Below are positions 1 through 9,632 of a DNA stretch of 64,000 nucleotides, one piece after another. The notes under the pieces were generated by a model. The model was not told the origin of the DNA. It saw only the letters and a program-made list of their open reading frames with translations, and did not search any database. This stretch comes from Candidatus Heimdallarchaeota archaeon (GTDB lineage: Archaea > Asgardarchaeota > Heimdallarchaeia > Hodarchaeales > Hodarchaeaceae). The first letter of the stretch is position 1, and every line of letters begins with the position of its first letter. Position numbers and translations under genes: made by a program. The stretch covers positions 3,288,118 to 3,352,117 of the forward strand of contig CP070695.1 in NCBI GenBank assembly GCA_020353515.1, written 5' to 3'.

Positions 1-1084
1 ATTCCATTTCGTCAGGATGTTCTTCTTTATGCGTCTTACAGGAGATATGAGCAGCCTGAGCAAATTGTTGTATTTTTTTCCCTTCCTCAGGAGTTACTTC
101 AGGTTCGGTGTCATTAATTATCGCTGCAATGAAGTGGTGAACAGCATTCGAAAAACTAGCTTGCCAATCAGTCTCTATATCGAAATACTCTTTCAATTCT
201 CCATTAAGAAAACTTATTACGGGAGCTTCATTCCGTATAGTCTTCGCAGTACACTGATTTATCCAAATGTAACCGTTGTCACCCGTAAGCTCAACCCGTT
301 CATCAGCTGCATAATAGTTCGATGGAAATTCACAATTTCGTGAATATGTAATATCCATACTTCCATTTGTCCTTGGTGTTTTATACTTCCAGATGAATTT
401 TGCTGGGGAATCGATTTTAGGTTCACCATCATCTTCAACGATACCTATGGAGTCGATCCATCCATAAACGGATTCAACTTCTGATTCTATAAACCATCTA
501 GCAATACTCCATTTATGGTACCCGTCGTCCCAACATATCGGCCCTCCTCCGCATTGATCTCGATCAAGTCTCCAAAGCCAGGCCTCTAAAGGCACTTCCC
601 AACCACCAGTTCCTATTCCTAATTTTATATGAATTGAAGAGACACGGCCTATTTTTCCTTCATCAATCATCGTTTTTGCTAAAATATACGGTGGATAAAA
701 ACGAAAATTCTCAAAAACCCGAAATTTTACACCTGCTTTTTTCGTGGCTGTTATCATCTCATCACATTCTTTGAGAGAATTAGCCATAGGTTTTTGTACC
801 GAGATATGTTTTCCTGCTTCTGCTGCTTCTATAGTTAAAGGAGCATGAAGGTGGTGTGGAACTAATAACTCCACCGCGTCTATCTTATCATTTTTTAGCA
901 TCATTGAGAAATCTGAGTAGACTCTTTCCTTGGGAACATTCCATTCAGCTGCTTTTTCCTGTGCTTTGGTAGTTTCCACATCACAAAGAGCATATACAGT
1001 TGCATTAGGATTTTCTAAATAACCAGGATAATGTAAATCACTAATTCGGCCGCATCCTACTATTGCAAAGTTTAATTTCTTCAT
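1..1084 (-). CDS. Gfo/Idh/MocA family oxidoreductase (partial, 3' end runs off the window)
   Basis: Not in the ORF track. ATG at 1084 gives MKKLNFAIVGCGRISDLHYPGY (Rossmann GxGxxS), then the VELLVPHHLHAP and HISVQKPMA motifs. The same frame is open at the window edge. Confidence 0.88.
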   Translation of the reverse strand, partial: MKKLNFAIVGCGRISDLHYPGYLENPNATVYALCDVETTKAQEKAAEWNVPKERVYSDFSMMLKNDKIDAVELLVPHHLHAPLTIEAAEAGKHISVQKPMANSLKECDEMITATKKAGVKFRVFENFRFYPPYILAKTMIDEGKIGRVSSIHIKLGIGTGGWEVPLEAWLWRLDRDQCGGGPICWDDGYHKWSIARWFIESEVESVYGWIDSIGIVEDDGEPKIDSPAKFIWKYKTPRTNGSMDITYSRNCEFPSNYYAADERVELTGDNGYIWINQCTAKTIRNEAPVISFLNGELKEYFDIETDWQASFSNAVHHFIAAIINDTEPEVTPEEGKKIQQFAQAAHISCKTHKEEHPDEME

Positions 1085-1165
1085 TATCCTTTATTCCTTT
1101 TAATTTTAGCTAGTATCTAAAATATCCTGAGAGTATTTGATCATTTAAATCGTGAGATAGATAGT

Positions 1166-1924
1166 TTAATCTTTTAATTCCTTTTTAATTTCATCAACAA
1201 GAATTGATACTAGTTTTTCGATGTAAACCTCACCCTTTTCACGTGTTGCCGTTGAAGGATCTCCTAAGATACCATTTTTTGTCAGCGCAGTCATTCCTTT
1301 TTCAAAAATTAGTTGTGATTGTTCTGCTCCAATTTCTCCAACATACCCAATTTCAAATCGTTCTTTTTTAACGAGATCATTTGCTAAAGCTAACATAAAA
1401 GAGGTTTCAGATTCTCCTGCATGGGCCCCAGATTCTTCCCCCGAGACCCCAAATTCCCCTGATAATTTATGTAGAATATCCAAAAGCCCGAAAAGGTCTG
1501 TGTAACCAAATATTTTACATTCAGGATACTCGTCTTTTATCTCATCAATAGCTTCTTGTGTTGATTTAAAATTCCCACCATGACTTGGTATCAAAATTAT
1601 ATTCTTAAAACCATGATGGGCAAGACTGTGTACATAATCGTGAATAACAGCTTTCAAAGTTGATTCTTTATATGAAATTGTACCAGGAAAAGCTAAATGA
1701 TGACTCGAACATCCGACTCTTATTGTGGGGGCTTGTAAAGCTTTTTTTAACATGATTGCTACTTTATTAGCAAGAACATCACCGATAAGCGAATCCGTGA
1801 GGGTTGGTAAGTGAGGCCCGTGCTGTTCAATAGACCCAATGCCAAATACTACTGTTGTATACCCCTGATTAATTGTCTCCTTAATATCTTGCCAATTCAT
1901 TTCCTCAATTCGTACTGTGTTCAT
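1166..1924 (-). CDS. Creatininase/creatinine amidohydrolase family protein
   Basis: Motifs GSIEQHGPHLP, SSHHLAFPGT, SHGGN, HAGESETS, GILGDP. Confidence 0.9.
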   Translation of the reverse strand: MNTVRIEEMNWQDIKETINQGYTTVVFGIGSIEQHGPHLPTLTDSLIGDVLANKVAIMLKKALQAPTIRVGCSSHHLAFPGTISYKESTLKAVIHDYVHSLAHHGFKNIILIPSHGGNFKSTQEAIDEIKDEYPECKIFGYTDLFGLLDILHKLSGEFGVSGEESGAHAGESETSFMLALANDLVKKERFEIGYVGEIGAEQSQLIFEKGMTALTKNGILGDPSTATREKGEVYIEKLVSILVDEIKKELKD

Positions 1925-2039
1925 GACAAATCCATCCTTATTCTACTCTTTCTAGAATGATTATTAAATATCTCACGATAGAGAAGAAGATTATGAATTA
2001 CAATGAAATCAGATCACGTTTTATTTTAGGGGTAGAAAG

Positions 2040-2915
2040 ATGAGTCATAATGAGAGGTTTTCTCCAGGAGGACATTACGTAAATATTCGAGGAATTAAGC
2101 TATGGTATTATGTACAGGGGAGTGGACCTGTTTTATTGGTACAACCAGGTGGCGCTGGTTGGGGTGGAGATGCTAGTCCCTATATTGAGACTCTCAAACC
2201 TTTTGAAAAAGTAAGAACAGTGATTTATCTTGAACCACGAGGGATTGGACGTTCACAGCGATTAACTGATCCTCATGCATATAAAATGGAAGAATATGTT
2301 AAGGATATTGAATCCCTAAGAAACTATTTTGGAGCCCCGCAAATTGCGATCGCAGGTCATAGTCATGGCGGATTTGTAGCGTTGAAATATGCCCTGCAAT
2401 ACCCAAAAATGGTCGAGAGTCTTCTTTTAATCGATACTAGCCCTTACATCTATTTTGGGGATTATCATAGTTGGTTATCAAAGAGAAAAGGATATAGAGA
2501 AGCATCTTCCGCGCTTAAAAAGCTTCAAAATGACGTTTCCCTTTCTGACGATGAGAAGGAAAGAGCTACGCTGAAGATTTTATTGCCAGTAATCCATTTT
2601 TATGATTTTGATAAAGTTTCAACCCAAGTCAATAATTATTTAACGAATATGGTTGTTTCAGCCAAACCCCACCAGTACTTCAATCACTATGAAGCTCCAA
2701 AATATGATCTCAGAGAATCTATCCAGCAAATTAATGCTCCCACCCTTATCATAAATGGGGATGATGACATGCCTCATATCGTATTAGGATCTAAATATCT
2801 TCACGATCATTTGTCCTTAGTAAATCATGTCGTAATCGAAAACTGTGGTCATTGGCCAATGATTGAGGCCCCTGATTCATTTTTCAGGGCAGCTATCCCC
2901 TTCTTATCACAATAA
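2040..2915 (+). CDS. Alpha/beta hydrolase (proline iminopeptidase-like)
   Basis: RGIGRS, GHSHGG nucleophile elbow, GDDD acid, CGHWP catalytic His. Confidence 0.85.
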   Translation: MSHNERFSPGGHYVNIRGIKLWYYVQGSGPVLLVQPGGAGWGGDASPYIETLKPFEKVRTVIYLEPRGIGRSQRLTDPHAYKMEEYVKDIESLRNYFGAPQIAIAGHSHGGFVALKYALQYPKMVESLLLIDTSPYIYFGDYHSWLSKRKGYREASSALKKLQNDVSLSDDEKERATLKILLPVIHFYDFDKVSTQVNNYLTNMVVSAKPHQYFNHYEAPKYDLRESIQQINAPTLIINGDDDMPHIVLGSKYLHDHLSLVNHVVIENCGHWPMIEAPDSFFRAAIPFLSQ

Positions 2916-2993
2916 AATTCTAAAGCTCAATATTGAAAATGCATGATTATTCTAGCTTCTCCCTAACTTAAAAACACTGTTTTTAGGTGAAAC

Positions 2994-4253
2994 GTGTTGG
3001 AAGATAGCAAACATAGAATAGATCCATCGGGTCAAAGAATGATTGACTTTATTCAGAGAATATTTGATGAAGTGGGACCACGATTGGCTGGTTCAGAAGA
3101 AGAGATGAAAGCTGGAAACATCATTCAAGAGGAACTTTCAACTTTTTGCGATGAAGTAATCCAAGAAAAATTTTCTTGTCGTCCCGGAGGTTTCTTGGAT
3201 TTCATCTGGATTACGGCTTTATTCTATCTAGCTGGAATACTAGCATATTTTCTTATCCATCCTTTGATATCGAGTCTTCTTATTTTCCTTGCACTCGCAG
3301 TCTATATTGTCCAATTGAACCTACTTTACGAAGTAATAGACATATTATTTCCTAAAAAAGTAGAATTTCATATTGTAGGAAAAATTAAACCTCAAAAGGA
3401 ATCTCGGAATCTAGTTCTCTTATCAGGCCACCATGACTCTGCTTATGAATTCCCGTTATTGAGTAAATTAGGAGAAAAATCTGCTATTATAATAATTGCG
3501 GCAGTCGTGATTGCATTATTAAGTATCTTTCTTGGAGTTTTAAGAACTGTTATACAAATATCTCTGGATCTATCTTCATCTCAAGTGGATCCTTTTGTAT
3601 TTCTTCAGACAACCCAAAACTTGACCTTTGTCAATGTGATTGATACAATTCAAATAATAATATTCCCTATTGGAGCTATCTTAGTGATTATTTTAGCTTT
3701 TTTTCTTCGTTCAAACAAAGTTGTTTTTGGAGCTAATGACAATCTAACCGCTGTTGCAGCCATATTAGAGTGTGGAAAATTCATCTCTCAAAATAAACTA
3801 AAATACACAGAAATCTGGTTAATTAGTTTTGCAGGTGAAGAGCATATGAGAGGGTCAAAACGTTTTGTTTCTCAGCATTACGAGGAGCTTAAACAAAGAC
3901 AGGCGCTATTATTAAACCTAGAATGTTTAAGTGCTGATAAATTCTTAGTGGCCACAGCAGAAAACATGTACTTAGCGAAACATTCACCTTTAGTGTTCGA
4001 GAAGGTTTCGCAGGCTGCCAAAAGAGTAAGAGTCCCTGTTGAGGTTGGGCCGCTTAGGTTTGCTGGATCTGATGCCGCTAACTTTTCACGTAAGGGGCTA
4101 CATGCAACAACAATATTTGGACTATCAACTACGGGCGTTCCAGATTATTGGCACACTTTGAACGATACACCAGATAAATTATCTGGCCCGAGTATTGCAA
4201 AGGGAGCTGAAATTGTTCTTCAATTCGTATATGATGTTGATAGTTTTGGCTAG
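2994..4253 (+). CDS. M28 family metallopeptidase with inserted transmembrane segments
   Basis: GPRLAGS, GHHDS, GANDNLTAV, GEEH, GSDA, YWHT motifs; two hydrophobic insertions. Confidence 0.85.
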   Translation: MLEDSKHRIDPSGQRMIDFIQRIFDEVGPRLAGSEEEMKAGNIIQEELSTFCDEVIQEKFSCRPGGFLDFIWITALFYLAGILAYFLIHPLISSLLIFLALAVYIVQLNLLYEVIDILFPKKVEFHIVGKIKPQKESRNLVLLSGHHDSAYEFPLLSKLGEKSAIIIIAAVVIALLSIFLGVLRTVIQISLDLSSSQVDPFVFLQTTQNLTFVNVIDTIQIIIFPIGAILVIILAFFLRSNKVVFGANDNLTAVAAILECGKFISQNKLKYTEIWLISFAGEEHMRGSKRFVSQHYEELKQRQALLLNLECLSADKFLVATAENMYLAKHSPLVFEKVSQAAKRVRVPVEVGPLRFAGSDAANFSRKGLHATTIFGLSTTGVPDYWHTLNDTPDKLSGPSIAKGAEIVLQFVYDVDSFG

Positions 4254-4324
4254 ACAGGTCAGGAGTAAAAATATCCTCCAATGCAAAAAACTTCGGAGTT
4301 TAAATTGGATTATATTGATGTTAA

Positions 4325-4978
4325 TTGAAGAGTATGAGATATTCTACAAAGTGGTTCATTCAACTCAAAAGCCAAATTTTAGGAAACCATCATATTGGCT
4401 CTGTAGAAAATTGGAAACAGCACTTGATTTCGCTTTATATCATTCGTAAAAATGATGGAATCTGTTTATTTTCCCATCATTTCCAACTTGGATTGATATC
4501 TCAAATCGAAAACCAATTAGTAGGAATGGGATTCACTGCTCTTGCTAGGATGATGCAAGAAATCGTCGATAGCTCATCTCGGTTAAATAAGATAGATTTA
4601 GGAGAAAAAAAAGTACTAATTGACGAACGAAAAAATCTACTAGCTGTTCTGGTCACAACACAAGATAATTCGTTTCTACATAAAAAACTCGAAGAATTGA
4701 CAGATCATTTTGAGAAAATATTCGAGTTACAACAACAGATAAACCTAGAAACCTGTGTTCGACTAGAAGATTATGCACTGACCTCAGAATTAGTTTCATT
4801 AGTTTTTAAAGATCGTCCTAAACGTGTGTTGGAAATTATTCCTGTGATATTCAAATCAATCAGAAAAAACGATTCTATTTTTTCTAATCAAGAAAAAAAA
4901 TTATTAAAACGACTTAATCCTGCCTATGCGAAAGAGATAGAGTCAGCTAGAGAGGTTAAGAAGACTATTATTAAATAG
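4325..4978 (+). CDS. Longin-like domain protein (Asgard type)
   Basis: LYIIRKNDGICLFSHHF...QLVGMGFTALARMMQE...LNKIDLGEKKVLIDERKNLLAVLVT...LEELTDHFEKIF fits the longin beta-beta-alpha-beta-beta-beta-alpha pattern. Confidence 0.7.
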   Translation: MKSMRYSTKWFIQLKSQILGNHHIGSVENWKQHLISLYIIRKNDGICLFSHHFQLGLISQIENQLVGMGFTALARMMQEIVDSSSRLNKIDLGEKKVLIDERKNLLAVLVTTQDNSFLHKKLEELTDHFEKIFELQQQINLETCVRLEDYALTSELVSLVFKDRPKRVLEIIPVIFKSIRKNDSIFSNQEKKLLKRLNPAYAKEIESAREVKKTIIK

Positions 4979-6089
4979 ATGGTGGATTAGGAAGGTCAGC
5001 AAGATCTAATGATACTCTTATGTTATTATCACGACCTACCATTGTTTCCGCGGCTAACATTGCATTATAGATTGCTTCCTGCACCAAATCGATGGTAATT
5101 CTATAAACATCTGAAAGTAAAGGATTAAATTCATTTAACAGTCTTCCGTTAAGAAAAGGGCTTTTTTTACCATGTACAACTTTATTTTGTGTCGAGAAGG
5201 CAAGTACAAAATCTCCACTCGTGTGACTTAATATTGATCCAGTCCTAGCGATACCTAACGCTCCCCTGTGGGCTAATCTATTAAGCTGACGACTATTAAG
5301 GGGTAAGTCTGTTGCAATAATGACGATGATTGATCCCCCACCTAGTTTAGCAACCCATTCATCGTCAGCTTTTGGAAGGTATTGTTTCCGATCGAGAATT
5401 GACGCCATTTCCGTCCCATAGAAGTTAAAGTCTCTAAATCTACCAAAATTTGGTGTAACCAGTGCTCCTATATGATAAACATCATCATTACCAATTCGTG
5501 CATTAGGTACAACCCTTGAAGCGGTACCAACTCCGCTTTTCAGTTCAAAAACCTGCATTCCAGTACCAGCACCAATGTTTCCTTGCTTAATGCTAGATGA
5601 TTTTGCTTGAGCAATGGCCTCGAAGACATGCTCCTCTTTAACATGTCGCCCCTGGATGTCATTTAAGTATCCATCAAAACATTCGGTGACAATAGGTGCT
5701 ACTGATCCTGTTTTCACACCTATTTCTGGATTTTCACTTATGGCGTGGCTTATTAATGCGTTAAAAACTAATCCAACATTCAAGGTATTTGTTATTGCTA
5801 TCGGGGTTTCTATTACCCCTGTTTCGAGGATTTGGGAGATACAAGTAGCTTTACCATAACCATTAGCGATAAAAACACCTGCAGGAACTTTCTCCTTAAA
5901 GACATTCCCACTGTGCGGAAGAATCATTGTTACACCTGTTCGAATTGGACCTTCTCCAGGTACTAAAGCACCTTCACCTTCAATAATGGTTTTGTTGCCA
6001 ACTTTCACCCCAGGAATATCTGTTATGGCGTTTTCCTGACCTGTTTCATAACTCCCACAGGACCAACCTAAATTTCGCAGATTTATCAT
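4971..6089 (-). CDS. dmpA: DmpA/P1 family (S58) aminopeptidase
   Basis: NAITDIPGVKVG, RTGVT, NGYGK, GAGTGM, G-SIIVIIATD autoprocessing site, HTSGD. Confidence 0.88.
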   Translation of the reverse strand: MINLRNLGWSCGSYETGQENAITDIPGVKVGNKTIIEGEGALVPGEGPIRTGVTMILPHSGNVFKEKVPAGVFIANGYGKATCISQILETGVIETPIAITNTLNVGLVFNALISHAISENPEIGVKTGSVAPIVTECFDGYLNDIQGRHVKEEHVFEAIAQAKSSSIKQGNIGAGTGMQVFELKSGVGTASRVVPNARIGNDDVYHIGALVTPNFGRFRDFNFYGTEMASILDRKQYLPKADDEWVAKLGGGSIIVIIATDLPLNSRQLNRLAHRGALGIARTGSILSHTSGDFVLAFSTQNKVVHGKKSPFLNGRLLNEFNPLLSDVYRITIDLVQEAIYNAMLAAETMVGRDNNIRVSLDLADLPNPPSI

Positions 6090-6171
6090 GATTTAGGCTT
6101 GATAGTAAGCATTCTTAAAAAACAGGGGTTTTTCATTTCATTTGAAATAAGACTCTCTAACCTTTGCTATA

Positions 6172-6984
6172 ATGCCTTTGAGGATTTATGTGTTGGAAAT
6201 AAAATCAATTTCGAAAAAGAATTTGGAACTGATCCGTAAATGTGTTAAATTGGCTGATACTGATTATTTTGACAACATAGTTTTACTGGGTGACCTCTTT
6301 CCTCCTTGTATTAAACTGACAGATATTTACGGCATCTTCAATGATAATACTCTAATATCGTTTTTCACTGTTTTTAAAGGATTTAAAGTTCCCTCTGTGG
6401 TTCTTCCAAGTAATTTATCTGGGATCGAATCATTTATTCTTTCTAATCTGGATAAAATAATACACAAAGAATTTACTTTGGTTTCATTCACTCTGAGTAG
6501 GAATAACTTGATCAATCATTATCAAATTAAAGATGAAAGTTCTGAATATTGCATGATCACTGATCAGACTAGTTTTACACCAAAAACATCTGATCTCATC
6601 TTTAAACAGGTAACCAAAGATAATATCAACCGTATTGATAGGTTTTATAGAGCGATTGACACTTATCCATGGAATCCTATTCAGATAGAAAGTAATTTTT
6701 ATTTCTACTTTGAAAAAGATAATAAGATAATTGCTTGTGGAGGGACACACTTTGAAACTCCTGATGTGGCGCATCTAGGAAATATAATTGTGTTAGCTGA
6801 ATTCCGTGGACAGTCTTTAGGGTCAGCTTTAGTTTCAACCATCACAAGCAATATCCTTAGATCTAAATCCTATGCAACTTTATTTGTTACTCAAGATAAC
6901 CTTCCTGCTATTAATCTCTATAAAAAATTAGGTTTCTTTCATCATAAACCAGTGTCAATTTTTTCTTGTAAAAGAACCTTTTAA
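6172..6984 (+). CDS. GNAT family N-acetyltransferase (C-terminal GNAT domain)
   Basis: VLAEFRGQSLGS acetyl-CoA motif A; NLPAINLYKKLGF motif B. Confidence 0.85.
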   Translation: MPLRIYVLEIKSISKKNLELIRKCVKLADTDYFDNIVLLGDLFPPCIKLTDIYGIFNDNTLISFFTVFKGFKVPSVVLPSNLSGIESFILSNLDKIIHKEFTLVSFTLSRNNLINHYQIKDESSEYCMITDQTSFTPKTSDLIFKQVTKDNINRIDRFYRAIDTYPWNPIQIESNFYFYFEKDNKIIACGGTHFETPDVAHLGNIIVLAEFRGQSLGSALVSTITSNILRSKSYATLFVTQDNLPAINLYKKLGFFHHKPVSIFSCKRTF

Positions 6985-7178
6985 TCCCCGCTATTTTCTC
7001 TCTTTGCAGTATTTAGAATACTAGGGTCTTAAAAATAAAATAGAGATGGTTTTTACTGAATATTCAAATACCAACCCTAATATATAAACACAGATTAAAA
7101 ATTACCAACTAAATCGATTTACATGAATTTTCGATTTCATGCAACAACACCTTTACACCGCCTTTCAAGGAAATTCTA

Positions 7179-8237
7179 ATGATCATCAAGAACCTCTGGA
7201 TTATTTCTAAAGTTGGTATGTGTTATTACGACTACAGTGCTCCATTTTCTGACTATCAAATAGACGAAATTTTATTTTCTGGGCTTGTGGCTGGACTTTC
7301 AACATTTGCTGAATCTCTTAGTGTAGAAAACAAAACTATAGAATATTTAAAATTGGGAGAGGATGAACTTTATTTCGAAACGATTGATGATACTATTGTA
7401 GCTGCAATCGTGTCCGCTGGGGATGAAAAACTCCAATCGTTTTCTATCCATGTTATGCTCCAATTCATTGGAACAAAATTCGTAGATATGTATTACAAAG
7501 AAGTAGAAGATATGTTCTTCGAATGGGCTGAAATTAGAAATTCTTTTACTCAAGAAATTAAAAATTTCTTATTTGATCAAGATTTACTTGAAGATATTAA
7601 AAGAGAACAATTTCAAAATCTATTTAATGAAACAATTATGGGTAATATCCCCTTGGATCTGCTTCATTGGAGAGGAATTCAATTATTTGCTAATTCAAAC
7701 CCAGATGTTTTATCAAACTCTTTGAAACTAATAGCAAATCTCCAAGATGTGGCATCTTCGTTAATTAGTGATGAACTTCTTGAAGCTAAAGTTCTAGATG
7801 TTTTACGTCGACTCTTGAAAGATTTATCTTCAAATATTTTTGATCAAGATCCTAGAAAGCTTCTACTCCTTTGCAAGGATGATGATACTTTCAAATCTTT
7901 ATATAAGGTATTATTAGCTAGAGAAATCCTTGCGATACACTGTCCAACCTTTGAGTACCTTCAAGGGGTTATTGAAACCTGGCAAGATCCGAATCCTTAT
8001 GACATTCTCATCATTGACACACAAATCTCTACAAAAGATATTCGAACCTTGCACAATATGGAAATGATTGACGATGCTAAAATTATAATGGTAGTTAATA
8101 AGATTCCTAGACCTCCCCGGGGAAGATTGGTTCAAAAAAAACCGATTTCTTTTATTGTCCAAGAAAACATCTCAGATTTCGACTTGAATACTCCTTTAGT
8201 AGATTACCTATTAACTTGCTTAGTTCATGAGTCGTAA
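7179..8237 (+). CDS. Longin-like N-terminal domain fused to a C-terminal receiver (REC)-like domain
   Basis: N-term IKNLWIISKVGMCYY...LFSGLVAGLSTFAESL...IEYLKLGEDELYF...IVAAIV (longin). C-term KLLLLCKDDD...YDILIIDTQIS...KIIMVVN (REC-like). Confidence 0.6.
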   Translation: MIIKNLWIISKVGMCYYDYSAPFSDYQIDEILFSGLVAGLSTFAESLSVENKTIEYLKLGEDELYFETIDDTIVAAIVSAGDEKLQSFSIHVMLQFIGTKFVDMYYKEVEDMFFEWAEIRNSFTQEIKNFLFDQDLLEDIKREQFQNLFNETIMGNIPLDLLHWRGIQLFANSNPDVLSNSLKLIANLQDVASSLISDELLEAKVLDVLRRLLKDLSSNIFDQDPRKLLLLCKDDDTFKSLYKVLLAREILAIHCPTFEYLQGVIETWQDPNPYDILIIDTQISTKDIRTLHNMEMIDDAKIIMVVNKIPRPPRGRLVQKKPISFIVQENISDFDLNTPLVDYLLTCLVHES

Positions 8238-8263
8238 ATTTTCCTTCATTTCTTCCATGAAAA

Positions 8264-9199
8264 TCAGATTTTCGGTATAAGAGGGACTTGTCTCGTAAAG
8301 GCGGCAGAATTGTAATAAGTGCTAACTTTTTCAATTGTTTCAAAAGGAATATCCATTTTGTTGCTTATCTCAGTGATAGATCGCCCCTGTTCAAGTTGAA
8401 TTATAATCCTATCAACATCGCTAACAGGAAGCTCAAAAAAATACATGTACTTATTTTGGACACCAGGTATGAGATCAGCTTTGGATAAATTCTTAATAGC
8501 ATCTGGAAGTTTAAGAAATTCAGCGACTTTAAATATTTGAGAACGATATAGATCCCCTAAAGGCATTAAATCGGCAGAATGTCCATGCCCCCATTTAGTA
8601 AATAAGCCAGTATAAAGCTCAGTTTTATTGATTGTACCTACAAGAAAACGATTCTCTTGTTCTGCAGTAAAATATGCAACTGCCATTTGAAGCCTAGAAC
8701 GAAATTTATTGTGAGCGATAATTTTATGAATCCATTTTTCTCTATCTGAAGTTGCTTTTCCTACCATTCCATAAGTTTTCTCTTCAATTTCTTTCTTAGC
8801 CGTGTTCTTTAGCAGAGAGTAACTAAGTGGTTGGTACAATGAAGGAATTTCTCGAACAGACCCAGGTATAAGATCTTTGGATTCAAAGCTCTTAAGCATG
8901 GGTTCTATATCACATCGTACTATATTTTCTTCGGGAACCTCTAAAAATTCAATTGATGCTTCTAGAGTTTCTTCTTGTTTTTCAAAATATTTATTAGTTC
9001 TTATGAGTAATTTTACTTCTTCGGCACCCACAGCTTCTAGACATAATTTAGAAACTATTGTTGAGTCCATATAACCAGAAAATAGTACTAAAACGCCTTC
9101 TACTCCCCTTTCCTCTATAGATGTTCCAATAAAATGAACAATTCGTTCCACAATATTAGCTACATCATTACTAATATCAAGCACTTTCAAGTTTCCCAC
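8264..9199 (-). CDS. NAD+ synthetase (NadE)-like protein, divergent paralog
   Basis: NadE fold motifs are present but altered: SGYMDS (for SGGxDS), VGTINKTE, FTKWGHG, DLMPLGDLYRSQI. Confidence 0.75.
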   Translation of the reverse strand: MGNLKVLDISNDVANIVERIVHFIGTSIEERGVEGVLVLFSGYMDSTIVSKLCLEAVGAEEVKLLIRTNKYFEKQEETLEASIEFLEVPEENIVRCDIEPMLKSFESKDLIPGSVREIPSLYQPLSYSLLKNTAKKEIEEKTYGMVGKATSDREKWIHKIIAHNKFRSRLQMAVAYFTAEQENRFLVGTINKTELYTGLFTKWGHGHSADLMPLGDLYRSQIFKVAEFLKLPDAIKNLSKADLIPGVQNKYMYFFELPVSDVDRIIIQLEQGRSITEISNKMDIPFETIEKVSTYYNSAAFTRQVPLIPKI

Positions 9200-9390
9200 T
9201 ATATGATTAGATTTTCATGAGTCAGTAATAATAATAAGTTGTTTTTTCTAGAGATTATAGAATAAGTTGTTAGTCCATTTGTTAAATCTAAGAAGAGAAA
9301 TATGGTATTTCTTTTTTCAAAGCAACTAAATGATTGATTTTTCTGTTTTTTTAAAAGAATATGGTTTGTTACAAGTGTCTTTAAATGCAT
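9199..9390 (-). CDS. Small hypothetical protein (63 aa)
   Basis: CAGGTGA ribosome-binding site just upstream of the ATG; its TAG stop overlaps the GTG start of the NadE-like gene. Confidence 0.4.
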   Translation of the reverse strand: MHLKTLVTNHILLKKQKNQSFSCFEKRNTIFLFLDLTNGLTTYSIISRKNNLLLLLTHENLII

Positions 9391-9632
9391 AATTCACCTG
9401 CTTGGGTCACTAAACTTTATTAATATCATTCATCTTACTTCTAATCAGTTTATTTGATGATTAAAATAAAATTTCCTCTTTAAAGCTCAAGAAAATAGAT
9501 AGGATGACTAGCTTCGAATTATGTTTTATTCGAAAATATTGTATATCTTTTTCTATTTCGTTGAATTGATTCTGTTTGATTGCTTTTCATCTTTTTCATT
9601 CTTATTTTTGGTAAAAAGGAAGATTCTGTTTC

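Noticed and set aside
17-343. 108-aa plus-strand ORF
   Set aside because: Shadow of the minus-strand Gfo/Idh/MocA gene, which the ORF track missed because it runs off the window
8264-9199. NadE paralog as the missing LarE
   Set aside because: Motifs are NadE-like (NKTE, FTKxG) without the LarE CYxCK/RPG/CLxSR signatures, and it lies ~42 kb from larBC
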